From assembly GCA_009602725.1 (NCBI GenBank), contig WELB01000014.1, positions 374,600 to 394,599 of the forward strand: a DNA stretch of 20,000 bases. The letters are read 5' to 3'. Below the pieces are notes generated by a model. The model was given only the letters and a program-made list of their open reading frames with translations, was not told the origin of the DNA and did not search any database. Shown one piece after another: positions 1-10,004 of the stretch (its first letter is position 1; each line of letters opens with the position of its first letter). Source of the DNA: Spirogloea muscicola. Lineage: Eukaryota. The position numbers and the translations under genes were made by a program.

Positions 1-230
1 GGCCACCCATGTGGGCAATGGCGTGCCGACTGGTGGCAGCAAGCCACAGGCCATGGAGGCCGGGGAAGGCGCGGGCGGCAGTAGCGGCACGACAACTGAA
101 GCGTGCAAACGACTTCACTCAGAAGCTATTGACGATCTGTACACCAATGTAGACATCGACGTAGACATCAATGTAGACACAGAGACTGCGGCTGCTGATG
201 GTTAAAGGAGCGGCTGTGGAACCAACGGAC

Positions 231-456
231 AGGGAGCTCCAGCGGAAGGCGGCGGCGAAGCGGGCGGTGTCGAGGAAGGTGTTGGAGAGGAGGAGGGACT
301 TGACGCGGCGCGGGCGGTGCGCGGCGTAGAGCTGCGCCAGGAAGCCGCCGAGCGCGGTGCCGTAGACGTGCACGGCGTCGACGCGCAGCGCGTCCAGGAA
401 GCGGTCGAGGCCGGCGAGGTACTCCTGCCGCGTCCACAGCTCCGGCGCGTCCACCG
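231..456 (-). CDS. Maspardin (SPG21)-like alpha/beta-hydrolase fold protein, one internal exon (partial gene)
   Basis: Translation VDAPELWTRQEYLAGLDRFLDALRVDAVHVYGTALGGFLAQLYAAHRPRRVKSLLLSNTFLDT matches the maspardin core as I recall it (HL[FY]G[AT]SLGGFLAQ...HRPRRV.SL.LSN). Strong GC3 codon bias. Likely GT donor at 230-229. The 5' part is cut off by the N at 457. Confidence 0.85.
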
Positions 457-457
457 N
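457..457. other. Assembly gap (single N)
   Basis: N in the sequence; coding signal stops abruptly here. Confidence 0.95.
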
Positions 458-877
458 GTACTAAGCAAGGACTCGTAACCTGGTCAGTAGCCGCAAGTCA
501 GAGCTGCTGCTAAGTAAGCTGACCCCAGTGGCTCGGTAACCGCGAGACAGCACGTGGAGGTTGCTGACTGATGCCCAGACCACCGGACGGCCACTGACAA
601 GCCCTTTTTGTGCCCACCAGCTAAAGCCAGAGCAGGAGCGCTCTGGGGGGTGCCCCAGTTCCGTCGCCCAATGCATCCCGCGAACATCCTCCGGACACGG
701 ACTGGGCTGGCGGGGCCCGCCGTGATGCCGCTCTCCGCCGCTGCTCGGCCCGGCCCGTCGATCCCACTGCATCGGACGGTGCCCGACGGCCCCCGGACGG
801 AGGGCTTGGGGCCTAGGGCTTTTGTAGCCCCCCTCTCTTCATCTCATCGCCACGCCACGTACCGGGGGCCTACCGCA

Positions 878-918
878 CCGCCGCCGCCGCCGCCGCCGCC
901 GCGGCCGCCGCGGCGGCG
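878..918. repeat. (CCG)8 microsatellite plus GC hairpin in a CpG-rich promoter/5' region
   Basis: ccg x8 at 878-901. cgccgccgcgg-ccg-ccgcggcggcg inverted repeat at 894-918. Confidence 0.85.
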
Positions 919-932
919 CTGATCACCACGGG

Positions 933-992
933 CGTTTAGCGTTTAGTGATCCAGGGGATTAGGGGTTAACGGTTTACGGTTTCAGTTTCGGT
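933..992 (+). promoter_or_regulatory. Degenerate telomere-like (TTTAGGG-like/telo-box-like) heptamer cluster
   Basis: cgtttag cgtttag ... ggattag gggttaa cggttta cggtttc agtttc, with ~7-nt periodicity. No perfect TTTAGGG copy. Confidence 0.4.
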
Positions 993-1089
993 CAGCTAGC
1001 TCCTCCACTCAGTCAGTGAGAGCCCCCCTCGTCTATTGTGCTCACCTCCGTTGCAGATCCAGCACTGTGGACCTCTTTGATATACACTT

Positions 1090-2195
1090 ATGCCTTGCGG
1101 ATGCAAACCCCCCTTGACGTCCATCTGTGATGTGTTAGGAGGAGAAGTTGGTCATCGAATGAGCGCTCAGCATGGAGTGGAGGTGGTTAAGCCAGTCTGC
1201 CATGGTTGAATGTCACTTGGTACGACTGACTACAGCCCGAAAATGTAGCAGGTTTCCTCCATCTTCATGACTAGCGCACTCTGTGCACCTTTGCCTGTGG
1301 CAACTCTTTGCAGCGCTAGCTCGCACGAAGCCACTGCACAGTTGAGCTCTGAGTGCTTATGCTGCACACATATGGCTGACTCAGATTGCACTTCAGATGT
1401 GCACCCTTCAAATTGTCGATGTGCAACCGCTGGGATTGTGACATACACTTGCAGTACTGGCGGAGATCCAAAGCTGTTCTGATGGGACACACTATGTCCT
1501 GACGAGCTCTAGGTGGTACTTTCCTACTAAGTTGATTGCTTGGCATTTGCTTGCAATAATTGGCCAGGGCGTCCGCCTACTCATCTGTTCCTGAAATAGC
1601 AAAGCAAGCAGATAATCCTCGAGTGGTTTTTTCTGTGACCCAAGTTGATTGCTTGGCATTTGCTTGCAATAATTGGCCAGGGCGTCCGCCTACTCATCTG
1701 TTCTTGAAATAGCAAAGCAAGCAGATAATCCTCGAGTGAATTTTTCTGTGACCCAAGATGGGCTTGTGGGCAGCACTTGTTTAGTGCACCAGCCCACACC
1801 AACATTAGCAGCGAGCTCAAGTGTAAGCTCTACGTCACACATTGGCCAGCTCTTATTTACGGCATGGGAAGGAACGTCCCTGGACGAACTCTCTCTCATC
1901 TCATTAATCACCGTGTGCTGATTTTGTGAGTACTATAAGTAAAGGAGCTGCTGTACATTTGCGCCTCTACGTCTTTTGCATTTGTGGCCCCCTTCTCTCT
2001 GATGCGCAGTGTTACCTACAAGTACATGCCATCTCCTATAAGCCCTCCAGCGCCAGTGTTCAAGCTGCGCTCGACTTTTGCATGGCCTGCATTTGCGCAA
2101 CCCCAATGCCGTGCAATATGGAGTGCCGGATCGGCCATCCCTTGCTTAGCTTGCTTACTTGTGGCCCCTTCCACGTTGGCAGGCGGCCGCTATGA
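1090..2195 (+). CDS. Candidate small OB-fold protein, TPP1/Est3-like (spliced; first coding exon uncertain; may be a pseudogene)
   Basis: Phase-consistent exons 1455-1512 (ttgcag|...AG|gtggta), 1681-1822 (ggccag|...AGT|gtaagc) and 2010-2195 (ctgatgcgcag|...TGA) translate to LAEIQSCSDGTHYVLTSSRASAYSSVLEIAKQADNPRVNFSVTQDGLVGSTCLVHQPTPTLAASSSCYLQVHAISYKPSS...RRPL*. First coding exon is either 1090-1204 (166 aa total) or 1172-1244 (152 aa); both end in phase 1. Putative 5'UTR intron 858-1056. Confidence 0.45.
1529..1757. repeat. 113-bp direct tandem duplication (2 copies, 3 mismatches)
   Basis: aagttgattgcttggc...ctgtgaccc at 1529-1641 and 1642-1754, then aag. Confidence 0.95.
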
Positions 2196-2265
2196 CCACC
2201 TCCTTCTGCAAGGAAGCTGGTGCAGAGGCCTGGCTTGCCAGCAGAGCCACTTATGGCCGCCAACC

Positions 2266-3719
2266 TCACGACAATAGCGCCTCAGCAAGGGTCATCTTGC
2301 CACCTGCTGTCACTGTGTGGCCATGGCAAGGCACGAGTGCATCCCACTCCCAGTTGAGGATGCGCCGCACCTGCTCTTGGTACCGCTCTCGGCGCGCCAG
2401 CATGAAGGTCCGATAGAACGGCCGGTACACGCGGTCCATACCCTGCTTAAAGAGCCACGTTCCGCCTGGCGAGTCGGCCGGGTAGTTCCACCACAAGTCG
2501 GTCACGAAGAGCACGCCCGACGGACGATGGTGGAAGACCACCTGCACGCTCATCTACTAGTCAGTATGTCAAGCACAGAGAAGCTCTTCGGCAGCCGCAT
2601 GGAGCTTTGTGGAAGTCCGTGGTCAGGTTCCAAGCGAAGCAAGCAGGGCAGAGGCACGTCCAGACAGCATCCCACCTCATTGAAAAACGGCTTCCGGTTG
2701 AAGGGGTTGTGCTCGTAGTCCAGCCATGCAAGATCGAACTCGCCTTGCCAAGCCTCCGGCGCGACATTGTCCCAGCCGACTTCCTCCTGGATGCCCACTT
2801 TTGGCTTCTTCTCCTTGATGCCAGGACACCCTGCTCAACGTCCACGCCGTGCACCATGTTGTTGAGGCGGGAGACTCAGCAGTACTGGAGCAACATTGAC
2901 CAGTACTTGATGACGTTGTGGGTATGAGGTGGACGACTCAGCTTACCGTACGCTCTGGCCGCAGGGTAGGCATCAATCCACTGCTGTGCAAACCTGCACA
3001 CGAGATGGACACCAGGTCTCTTGCGCTCCTGAGCTCAACTTCAAGAACAAGCAAAGGAAGCTCTGCAATTCAAGAAAAGGTGGCCTAAAGGAAGAGCTAG
3101 CTCATCTTACTCCACTAGGAGCAGACTAAGAGGTCATAGGATAATGCGGGATGCATGGCGCGGGCATGCTTATGTTGAAGAGGCCGAGGAGAGGCTCTCA
3201 CATGCTGTGCTCGTAGTTGGGGGAGACGATGGAGCGCAGCGGCCCGAGCGCGTCAATGGCGTCGCGCAGCGGCTGGTCGAGGGGCACCGGGGAGTGCACC
3301 CACACGGAGCCGTCGGCGAGCCGCACGACGCCCATGCGCCCGCCGACGTCGATGCCCGTCCACATGTGCGCGCGAGGCGCCTCCCACACCTTGCCGGGCA
3401 CGATCTCCCGCAGGACGTCCCCCGTCGGGTTGGACCAGGTCCTCGGCAGCGGCGCGGAGGCCTTGGAATCGGCGGTGCCTCGCGTCGCCTGCGGCGAGCT
3501 CGATGCGCTGGCGACGACCGCTGCTCGGCCCCTGCTGGGCTTCCCGCGCGCCCCGAGCTCTGGTGCAGGCGAGGGGTCGACGACCCCATGACGCCGAGGC
3601 CACCCCACACGGCCGGACAGGAGTCCGGCGGCGCAGCGCCGGCTGCTGGCCAGCTCCCGAGCCACTCGACGGTGCTCGCGGGACGCAGCAGCGCTCCGGA
3701 GTCGGGGCGGGCCCGCCAT
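2266..3719 (-). CDS. DUF4336-type metallo-beta-lactamase-like protein, probably organelle-targeted (~331 aa)
   Basis: Exons 3719-3202, 2993-2947, 2830-2676 and 2541-2266, all GT-AG and in phase. Motifs IDVGGRMGVVRLADGSVWVHSP, IVSPNYEH, FFNEVVFHHRPSGVLFVTDLWWN and LVPCHG. The R/S/A-rich N-terminus resembles a transit peptide. Start codon inferred: the frame is open upstream to the gap, with a probable intron at 3941-3810. Confidence 0.85.
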
Positions 3720-3988
3720 CAGCCCCCACTGTGAGCTCTCGTGGGCAGCGCACACGCCTCCATGCCGCGGCCGGACGGCCGTGAGGGCCGCTGTCTGCAA
3801 GGAGGGCACCTGCAGGGACAGCGAGAAATGGCCATGGGGACACGAGCGTGCCGACGGCGGCAGCTCGGCCAGGCGGGGCGCAGCACGGCCAGCTCGAGCT
3901 GCCGGGGCGAGCGCGGAGGATGGCCCTGGCGCGGGGCGCACCTGGCCCCGGGGCCGCCGCCGCTCCAATCCCCGCAGGACGCCCGCCG

Positions 3989-4115
3989 NNNNNNNNNNNN
4001 NNNNNNNNNNNNNNNNNNNNNNNNNNNNNNNNNNNNNNNNNNNNNNNNNNNNNNNNNNNNNNNNNNNNNNNNNNNNNNNNNNNNNNNNNNNNNNNNNNNN
4101 NNNNNNNNNNNNNNN
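3989..4115. other. Assembly gap (127 N) inside a CCG-rich divergent promoter region
   Basis: N run flanked by ccg repeats. Confidence 0.95.
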
Positions 4116-4558
4116 CCGCCGCCGCCGCCGCGCGCGCCGGCAACCGCGCCGCGTGCCGCGGCGGGGGCTTCCACAGAGCGTGGTTTTCCGACAAATCTGC
4201 TGTACGGTCATATTTGTCCAGCGTCGTCCACGAAAGTGGCTCTCCCAAAGCGGGCAGAGGCTGTGAACAGCCAGCCCCACTAGAATACGCGAATAACCAT
4301 AACATGTAGAGACCAAACAATCACAAATTTGAGAAGAATGGACAAGACCTTTTCCAACTCCCCAGCTTGCTGCAGCAGCCGCCCGAGCTGCACCTCTCCG
4401 CAGACGCCGCCGCCGCCGCCGCCGCCCGCAGCGCCCGCCGCCTCGGACCTCGCGCCCGCCTCTGCCGCCGCGTGCCTCGGCTTCTCGTGGAGCCCGCCAT
4501 GGGCCTTGCGCTTGTCGCGGCTTCGAGAGAAGCCCTGCTGCGACGGTGCGCCTGCCGC

Positions 4559-4566
4559 TAGGGTTT
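4559..4566 (-). promoter_or_regulatory. Telo-box (AAACCCTA) upstream of the ARIADNE start codon
   Basis: tagggttt on the + strand is AAACCCTA on the - strand, 160 nt upstream of ATG 4726. Confidence 0.5.
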
Positions 4567-4725
4567 GTGACGGCCAGGCAGCCGTCGCACGCCCCCCCCG
4601 CGCTCTCGCGGACGCCGCACAAGGAGCTCTCCGTCTCAACTACTAGCGGCCGAGCTGCAGCCCTCCTATAGCTGGTGGCGGCGGCCGTGACGGCAGTTGC
4701 GGCGCAGGGGGGGGCCGCAGCTGCC

Positions 4726-7700
4726 ATGATGAGTAGGAAAGACGAGGACATGGAGGACCTGCAGTTCCAAGTCGGCGACGGCGCCCAGGGAAAGAAGAAA
4801 GAGGAAGGAGAAGACGACGACGATGACGACGAGGGCGGCGGCGGCGACGACGACGACCTAGAGAATGACGAGGACGGGGTGCAGGAGGAGGAGGAAGACA
4901 AGGACGACGGCAAGGATGAGGAAGACGGGGAGGACGTTCTCAGCGAGGACGATGAGGAGGACTACGGGTTCGAGTACTCTGGAGCAGACGACGAGGAGCC
5001 CAGCTCCAGGCTGCCACAGGTAGCCGCGTGACCTCCCTGGCCGCTGGCTGCATCGCCGGGGTTGTGGTTCTCCATACCCTTGTCAACCTTGTCTGGAGGG
5101 AGCCGGGAGGGCAGCCCCTTTGCGCACCACTGTGGACTTTGATCACAAGCGTTGCTGCTCGGATCGATGCAGGCCAACTATACCATTCTCTCAGAGAAGG
5201 ACGTCTTACACCGGGAAGCGGAGGCCGTGGATAGCGTGTCCACTGTGCTGTCGGTGTCAAGGACAGAGGCTGGCATTCTGCTCCGGCACTTCAAATGGTG
5301 AGTTGGCAATTTGGCGATGCACTGCGTGTATACAGACATCATAGTCACTCTTGTTTGCCATCTCCTCACTTCATCGCTCTCCGTAGCCAAGCAAGCTGGA
5401 AAGTGACGTAGCTCAGAGAAGCTGATACTTTGAGAGCTGCTGCCCTTTCTCTGGTTAAGGAGCGTGAGTAGGGTTAATGACGAGTGGTTTGCGGACGAGG
5501 AAGCAGTGCGGAGGGCTGTGGGTTTACTATGTTCCTCATCTGATGCCAAGAGGGAAAGAAGTGAGGAGGTGTGTTTGCAATCACGTATGCTTATGTCTGA
5601 GCAGATTACTCAGAAGAGCATCAATTGAAGTGCAGGCTACGTACAGCTATCTGGTCTGCTTAGTGAGGTCGCTACTAGCCCCTAGACACAAGAAGGGAGG
5701 GCAATTTGCACATGGTGCGTCGGTCTCACAAGCCTGAACGTGCCTGTGCAGCTCACTTGCGGGATATGCTTTGAGTCCCATTCTGTGGACTACATGCATG
5801 CCCCAGCTTGTGCCACCCATTTCTTCTGTGAGGCTTGCTGGCAAGGTAAAGCACAAGTTGTGGTCACTCTGGGTAGAGGCCCTTCTGCTGTGTATGGTTG
5901 CCTTGTCAAGTAGCTCTCCTCTGTCAAGTAGCTCTGAATTACTCGCAAGAAGATTCTCACTTGTCTCATCTTCTGCCTACATAATGTTGCTTGGTTCATC
6001 TGTTTGCAGGTTACATGCATTCGGCCATAGGGGATGGGCCTGGCTGCCTGACTTTGCGGTGTCCAGATCCTTCATGTGGGGCAGCTGTTGGCGAAGACAT
6101 GGTGCTGTCACTTGTCGATGCTGAGCACCGTGCCAAATACACTCGATATCTTCTTCGGTCCTACATTGAAGACAATCGAAAGGTAGACAATGATATTCAA
6201 ACTTGGTGAAAGCATTTGGCCTGGCAATGCTGCTTGTAGTTATTGTCTTCACAATCACAATGTAGCAACACTGGTTGTCTTCACAATCACAATGTAGCAA
6301 CAGTGGTAGACATTCTCTCTAAGAATTGGTTGGCGTCGTGTGCTGTTAATACAGGCAAAGTGGTGTCCAGCCCCAGGTTGTGAGTATGCTGTGGAATATG
6401 AAGGTGGCACAGCGTCCAATGACATCATCTGCCAGTGTGGCCACAATTTCTGCTGGAATGTAAGCACAAAGCATAGCTGCTTGAGTGGACGCATGTCAAT
6501 GCATGTCAGAGAACCTTAGAAATGTGATACTTCACCTGAGGTTGTCTTGCAAGGGACTGTCATTTATAGTCTACTTTATAGTCCTCAGCTTTGAGGCACA
6601 GTGGTCAATGCTTCAGTATCAAGTCGAATGTTGTGAAGCAGCCAAAGCATGAGTGTCTTTCCTTGTTGTGCAGTGCTTGGAGGAAGCTCACAGGCCTGTG
6701 GATTGTGGCACTGTCGCTAAGTGGATACTCAAGAACAGTGCTGAGTCTGAGAACATGAACTGGTACTTTCAGGAAGCTGGCTTCGTCTGGCAGTAGGCCT
6801 TCTTCACTCCGCAGTGCTTGTTCGTCAAGTACATATGTGTAGCTGAATACACACACTTCTAATTGTTCACCTTCTTCCTGCTTACTTCTTTATTTCTACA
6901 GGATACTTGCCAACTCCAAGCCTTGTCCAAAATGTAAACGGCCCATTGAAAAGAATCAAGGGTGCATGCACATGAGCTGCACTCCTCCATGCAAATTCGA
7001 GTTTTGCTGGTCAGTCATCTGACTTAACTTGCTGACTCTACCCATCTGCAACGAGTCCCCTAGGAATGTTTGCGTACATTGGTACACATAGGCAGGCATG
7101 CATTTGGTGCAGATACTTAGATAGATCACTGATGGTAGTACTGCAAATTGATTGACCTAGATGAGAGAGCAGACGATCAATGATCACATAGCACAATCAT
7201 TGCTCAAGGATAGTTGGTGCTTGCGTGGCTTTCTTTCAGGCTGTGCTTGGGAGCCTGGGGAGACCATGGTGAAAGAACTGGCGGCTTCTATGCTTGTAAT
7301 CGCTATGAGACTGCCAAGCAAGAAGGAGTGGTAAGCAGAGTGGTTGTGGCGATCACGTAGGTGATAATTTTGGAATGTTGGTGATTGCGGAATTACTTGA
7401 AGCTCTTTCAACCAGATTAGCTTCAGGAGTGAAGTATGAGAAGCAAGTTGCTGCTCTGTTGCAAGCTCTGCTTGCGCTGTGCTTGAAGTGCTAGCTATTC
7501 AGAAGTTGCATGTCTAACCTGTGCCGGTGTGACCAACATTACAATCAGCTACAGCTTCACTGGTCCATCAAATTGACTGGCTAACAGTGTGGTATTTTTG
7601 CGGCTTGCAGTATGATGAGACAGAGAGGAGGCGTGAAATGGCAAAGAACTCCCTTGAACGTTACACTCATTACTATGAGCGTTGGGCCACGAATGAATCT

Positions 7701-9483
7701 GTATGACTCATGTCTGATTTACCATTGCAGCGTCATAATGTGACGTTCACATCTTGACTTTCTCAAGAGTGTCAAGGAGCAAGGAAATTCCTAAGAAGCA
7801 TTTGTCTTCCTTGACTGCTTGTGCGTGTGCAGTCAAGGATGAAAGCTCTGGAGGACTTGAGGCAGATGCTGCTTGACAAGGTAGTTGTGCAAATGGGACA
7901 CTGTACTGACATGGGCATTGGCATTGTGCTGCATGATGATGGAGAGCAACTTCTTATTATTGTTTTATGCCAAGCCTATGGACAAGCCTATGGACACAAG
8001 GCATATTCAAGTTCGAGTCTAAACTAGCACATTGCCTCGGCAGACTTGTGAGACCTGTTCTTTTAGTGCTCTGAATATCCATATACCTCTGGTCTACCAT
8101 TGCAGATTGAGATCTTGAGTGATAAGCAGTGCCAGCCTGTGTCGCAACTGAAGTTTGTTCCTGAGGCTTGGCTTCAGGTTAGCAATTTTCAAGAATAATG
8201 AGGTCCTAGCCACTCAACTCAGAAAGTGGTTGCAATCATGTAGCTGGCAGCTTGCCCAGCTAGCTAGTTGCTGTGTGCCATGGTTGTTTTGGCCTTGTTA
8301 AGAGCCATTGAGGCAGGCAGCATTGCTCAACAGCATATAGAGTCTTTTAAACAGTCTAGTTGCTGAGCAATGCTCCCATGAAGACTACTTGGCCAGATTT
8401 GATATCAAAGAAACGACTGCTGAAGCATCGAGCTAAGCATATTGTCCTACTTGCAGATTGTGGAGTGTCGGAGGGTCTTGAAGTGGACTTACGCCTATGG
8501 TTATTACCTTCCTGAGGCGGAGTCAGCTAAGCGAGTGTTTTTTGAGTATGTACAGGGTATGTAAGAGTGCATCTCAATTTTCTCACAGCCTTGGTGCTTC
8601 ATTGAGATAAGACAGCAATTACTAACCCTTTTCATCAAGAGGTGCAAGGAGGTTGCTGGAAGAATGACAATGCAGGGAGAAATGCTTGTACCTGATACTC
8701 TTCCTGGTGCTGTGTTGCTGCACTTGATTCTTCCTCAGGGGAAGCAGAGGCGGCATTGGAGCGACTGCACCAATGTGCAGAGAAGGAATTGAACGTTTTT
8801 CTGAACGGTGAAACGCCACATACATCGTTCAATGAGTTCCGCACCAAGCTTGCTGGTTTGACAAGGTTGCTATACGGCAGACCAGACATCGTAGCTTTAT
8901 CATAGATTTGATATCATGAGTGTATGCAGTCAAGGTGCATGTGCTGCATGGATCTGCACTGGGTTTGGTTACTGTCAACCATTAATTGAGTCACTAATCT
9001 CCACAGTGTTGCAAGCTGCAAATGCAGGCTAGTGACCTAGAGCTTCCACCAGTCACTTGTGCATGTGTCACTGATCAAGTGCGCAGGCTTTTCCACTGCA
9101 CCTGTAGCTGTAGTGATTGATGCGAAGAGACTCTGACGACATTTTGCTGCTTGTTGTCCAGTGTTACGAGGACTTACTTCGAAAACCTTGTGAAGGCGCT
9201 TGAGAACAACCTCGCCGATGTAGATAATTCGAGGTCCGCATTTGGCAAGGGTGCCAAAGCTGCGGGGGCCAGCAAGGGCAAGGCGGCAAAGCACCGCGGA
9301 GGGGGGCTGGGCGTGAGTAGCTCAGGGAGGGGTGGCGGAGGGCCGTCATTCATTGCGTCGAGGTCTGCAGCTGGCACTGGTGCGTCCTCCGAGGAGGACT
9401 ACTGGAGCTGCGAGCACTGCACGCTCGCGAACCCTGGGAGTATGCACGTGTGTGGCGTCTGTCGCCAGCCCCGCAGCTCCTGA
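4726..9483 (+). CDS. ARI8: ARIADNE-family RING-IBR-RING E3 ubiquitin ligase with C-terminal RanBP2 zinc finger (ARI8-like), ~648 aa
   Basis: 15 exons: 4726-5019, 5173-5297, 5460-5568, 5752-5845, 6010-6182, 6355-6459, 6674-6762, 6902-7009, 7240-7330, 7611-7700, 7833-7880, 8106-8177, 8457-8556, 8739-8865, 9162-9483. All GT-AG and in frame (1947 nt). Acidic N-terminus, RING1 [48 protein letters not shown]2 [21 protein letters not shown], Ariadne domain [11 protein letters not shown] and [16 protein letters not shown], and zinc finger [15 protein letters not shown]. Exact paralog assignment is tentative. Confidence 0.95.
6243..6306. repeat. 32-bp tandem duplication in ARIADNE intron 5
   Basis: ttgtcttcacaatcacaatgtagcaaca(c/g)tgg x2. 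Confidence 0.9.
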
Positions 9484-10004
9484 TTGGTTGCCCTTGTAGG
9501 CCGACTAGCTTCTCCGCAATGTTGACTTCCTATCTCCCTCCACCTGCATAGGACATCCTGCAAGCCCTCCTCTCCTCCTTGCTATGGAGCTGCCAACAGC
9601 CGGGACTGTTGCGCGCCCATCTTGCCGACCAAATTGTGTAATATCGACATTCATTGACAGGGTTCAGATTTATTACTGTTGCCGACATATCTTGGGAAGC
9701 CTTAAATGAGCTGCTGGGCTTGTTGTGTTTGCAATCTGTTAAGCTTTACATTTTAAGAGGAGTTGCCACTGGGGTGCTAATGCTAAATCGATACGAGATC
9801 TTACACGAGATTGGCTGTACTGTTTGCACAATCCAGCTCCAAGTAGCAGTGTGTCTACTTGCCCTGGGCGGAAGGCGTTAGAGCAAGGTAAATCTCCCTG
9901 AAGTGACCATTTGTCGAACTTGGGGGATTGAGAATGTATTTTGGTGATTACAAGGAGGCTGAAGAATGTGTTTGTGTTGCCTGTGAAATCGTCTCTTGCC
10001 TTAT

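Noticed and set aside
141..180. 12-bp periodic repeat giving NVDIDVDINVD in ORF 11..205
   Set aside because: A short minisatellite, probably inside the maspardin intron, with no coding support.
1267..1482. Cys-rich 71-aa ORF (metallothionein-like)
   Set aside because: The Cys content follows the TGC-rich composition of local introns, and there is no metallothionein spacing pattern.
1499..1530. Hammerhead-like CTGACGA core
   Set aside because: No stem II followed by GAAA, and the motif lies in a predicted exon.
1529..1757. Direct repeats as a CRISPR array or LTRs
   Set aside because: Only two abutting copies, with no spacers, TG..CA ends or internal retroelement genes, in a eukaryotic context.
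1125..1810. Possible C/D or H/ACA snoRNA cluster (TGATG...CTGA, hairpins, AGATAA and ACA boxes; 9-nt match cactatgtc to an 18S-like GACATAGTG)
   Set aside because: No canonical RUGAUGA C box, and the guides are too short or misregistered. A spliced protein-coding model explains the region better.
1868..1886. GGAACGTCCCTGGAC resembling RNase MRP CR-I
   Set aside because: No complementary CR-V element found downstream.
3198..4913. 571-aa minus-strand ORF and other long ORFs crossing the N run
   Set aside because: Artefacts of high GC, translation through Ns and antisense reading of the ARIADNE acidic exon. Only the part from ~3719 to 3202 is credible coding sequence.
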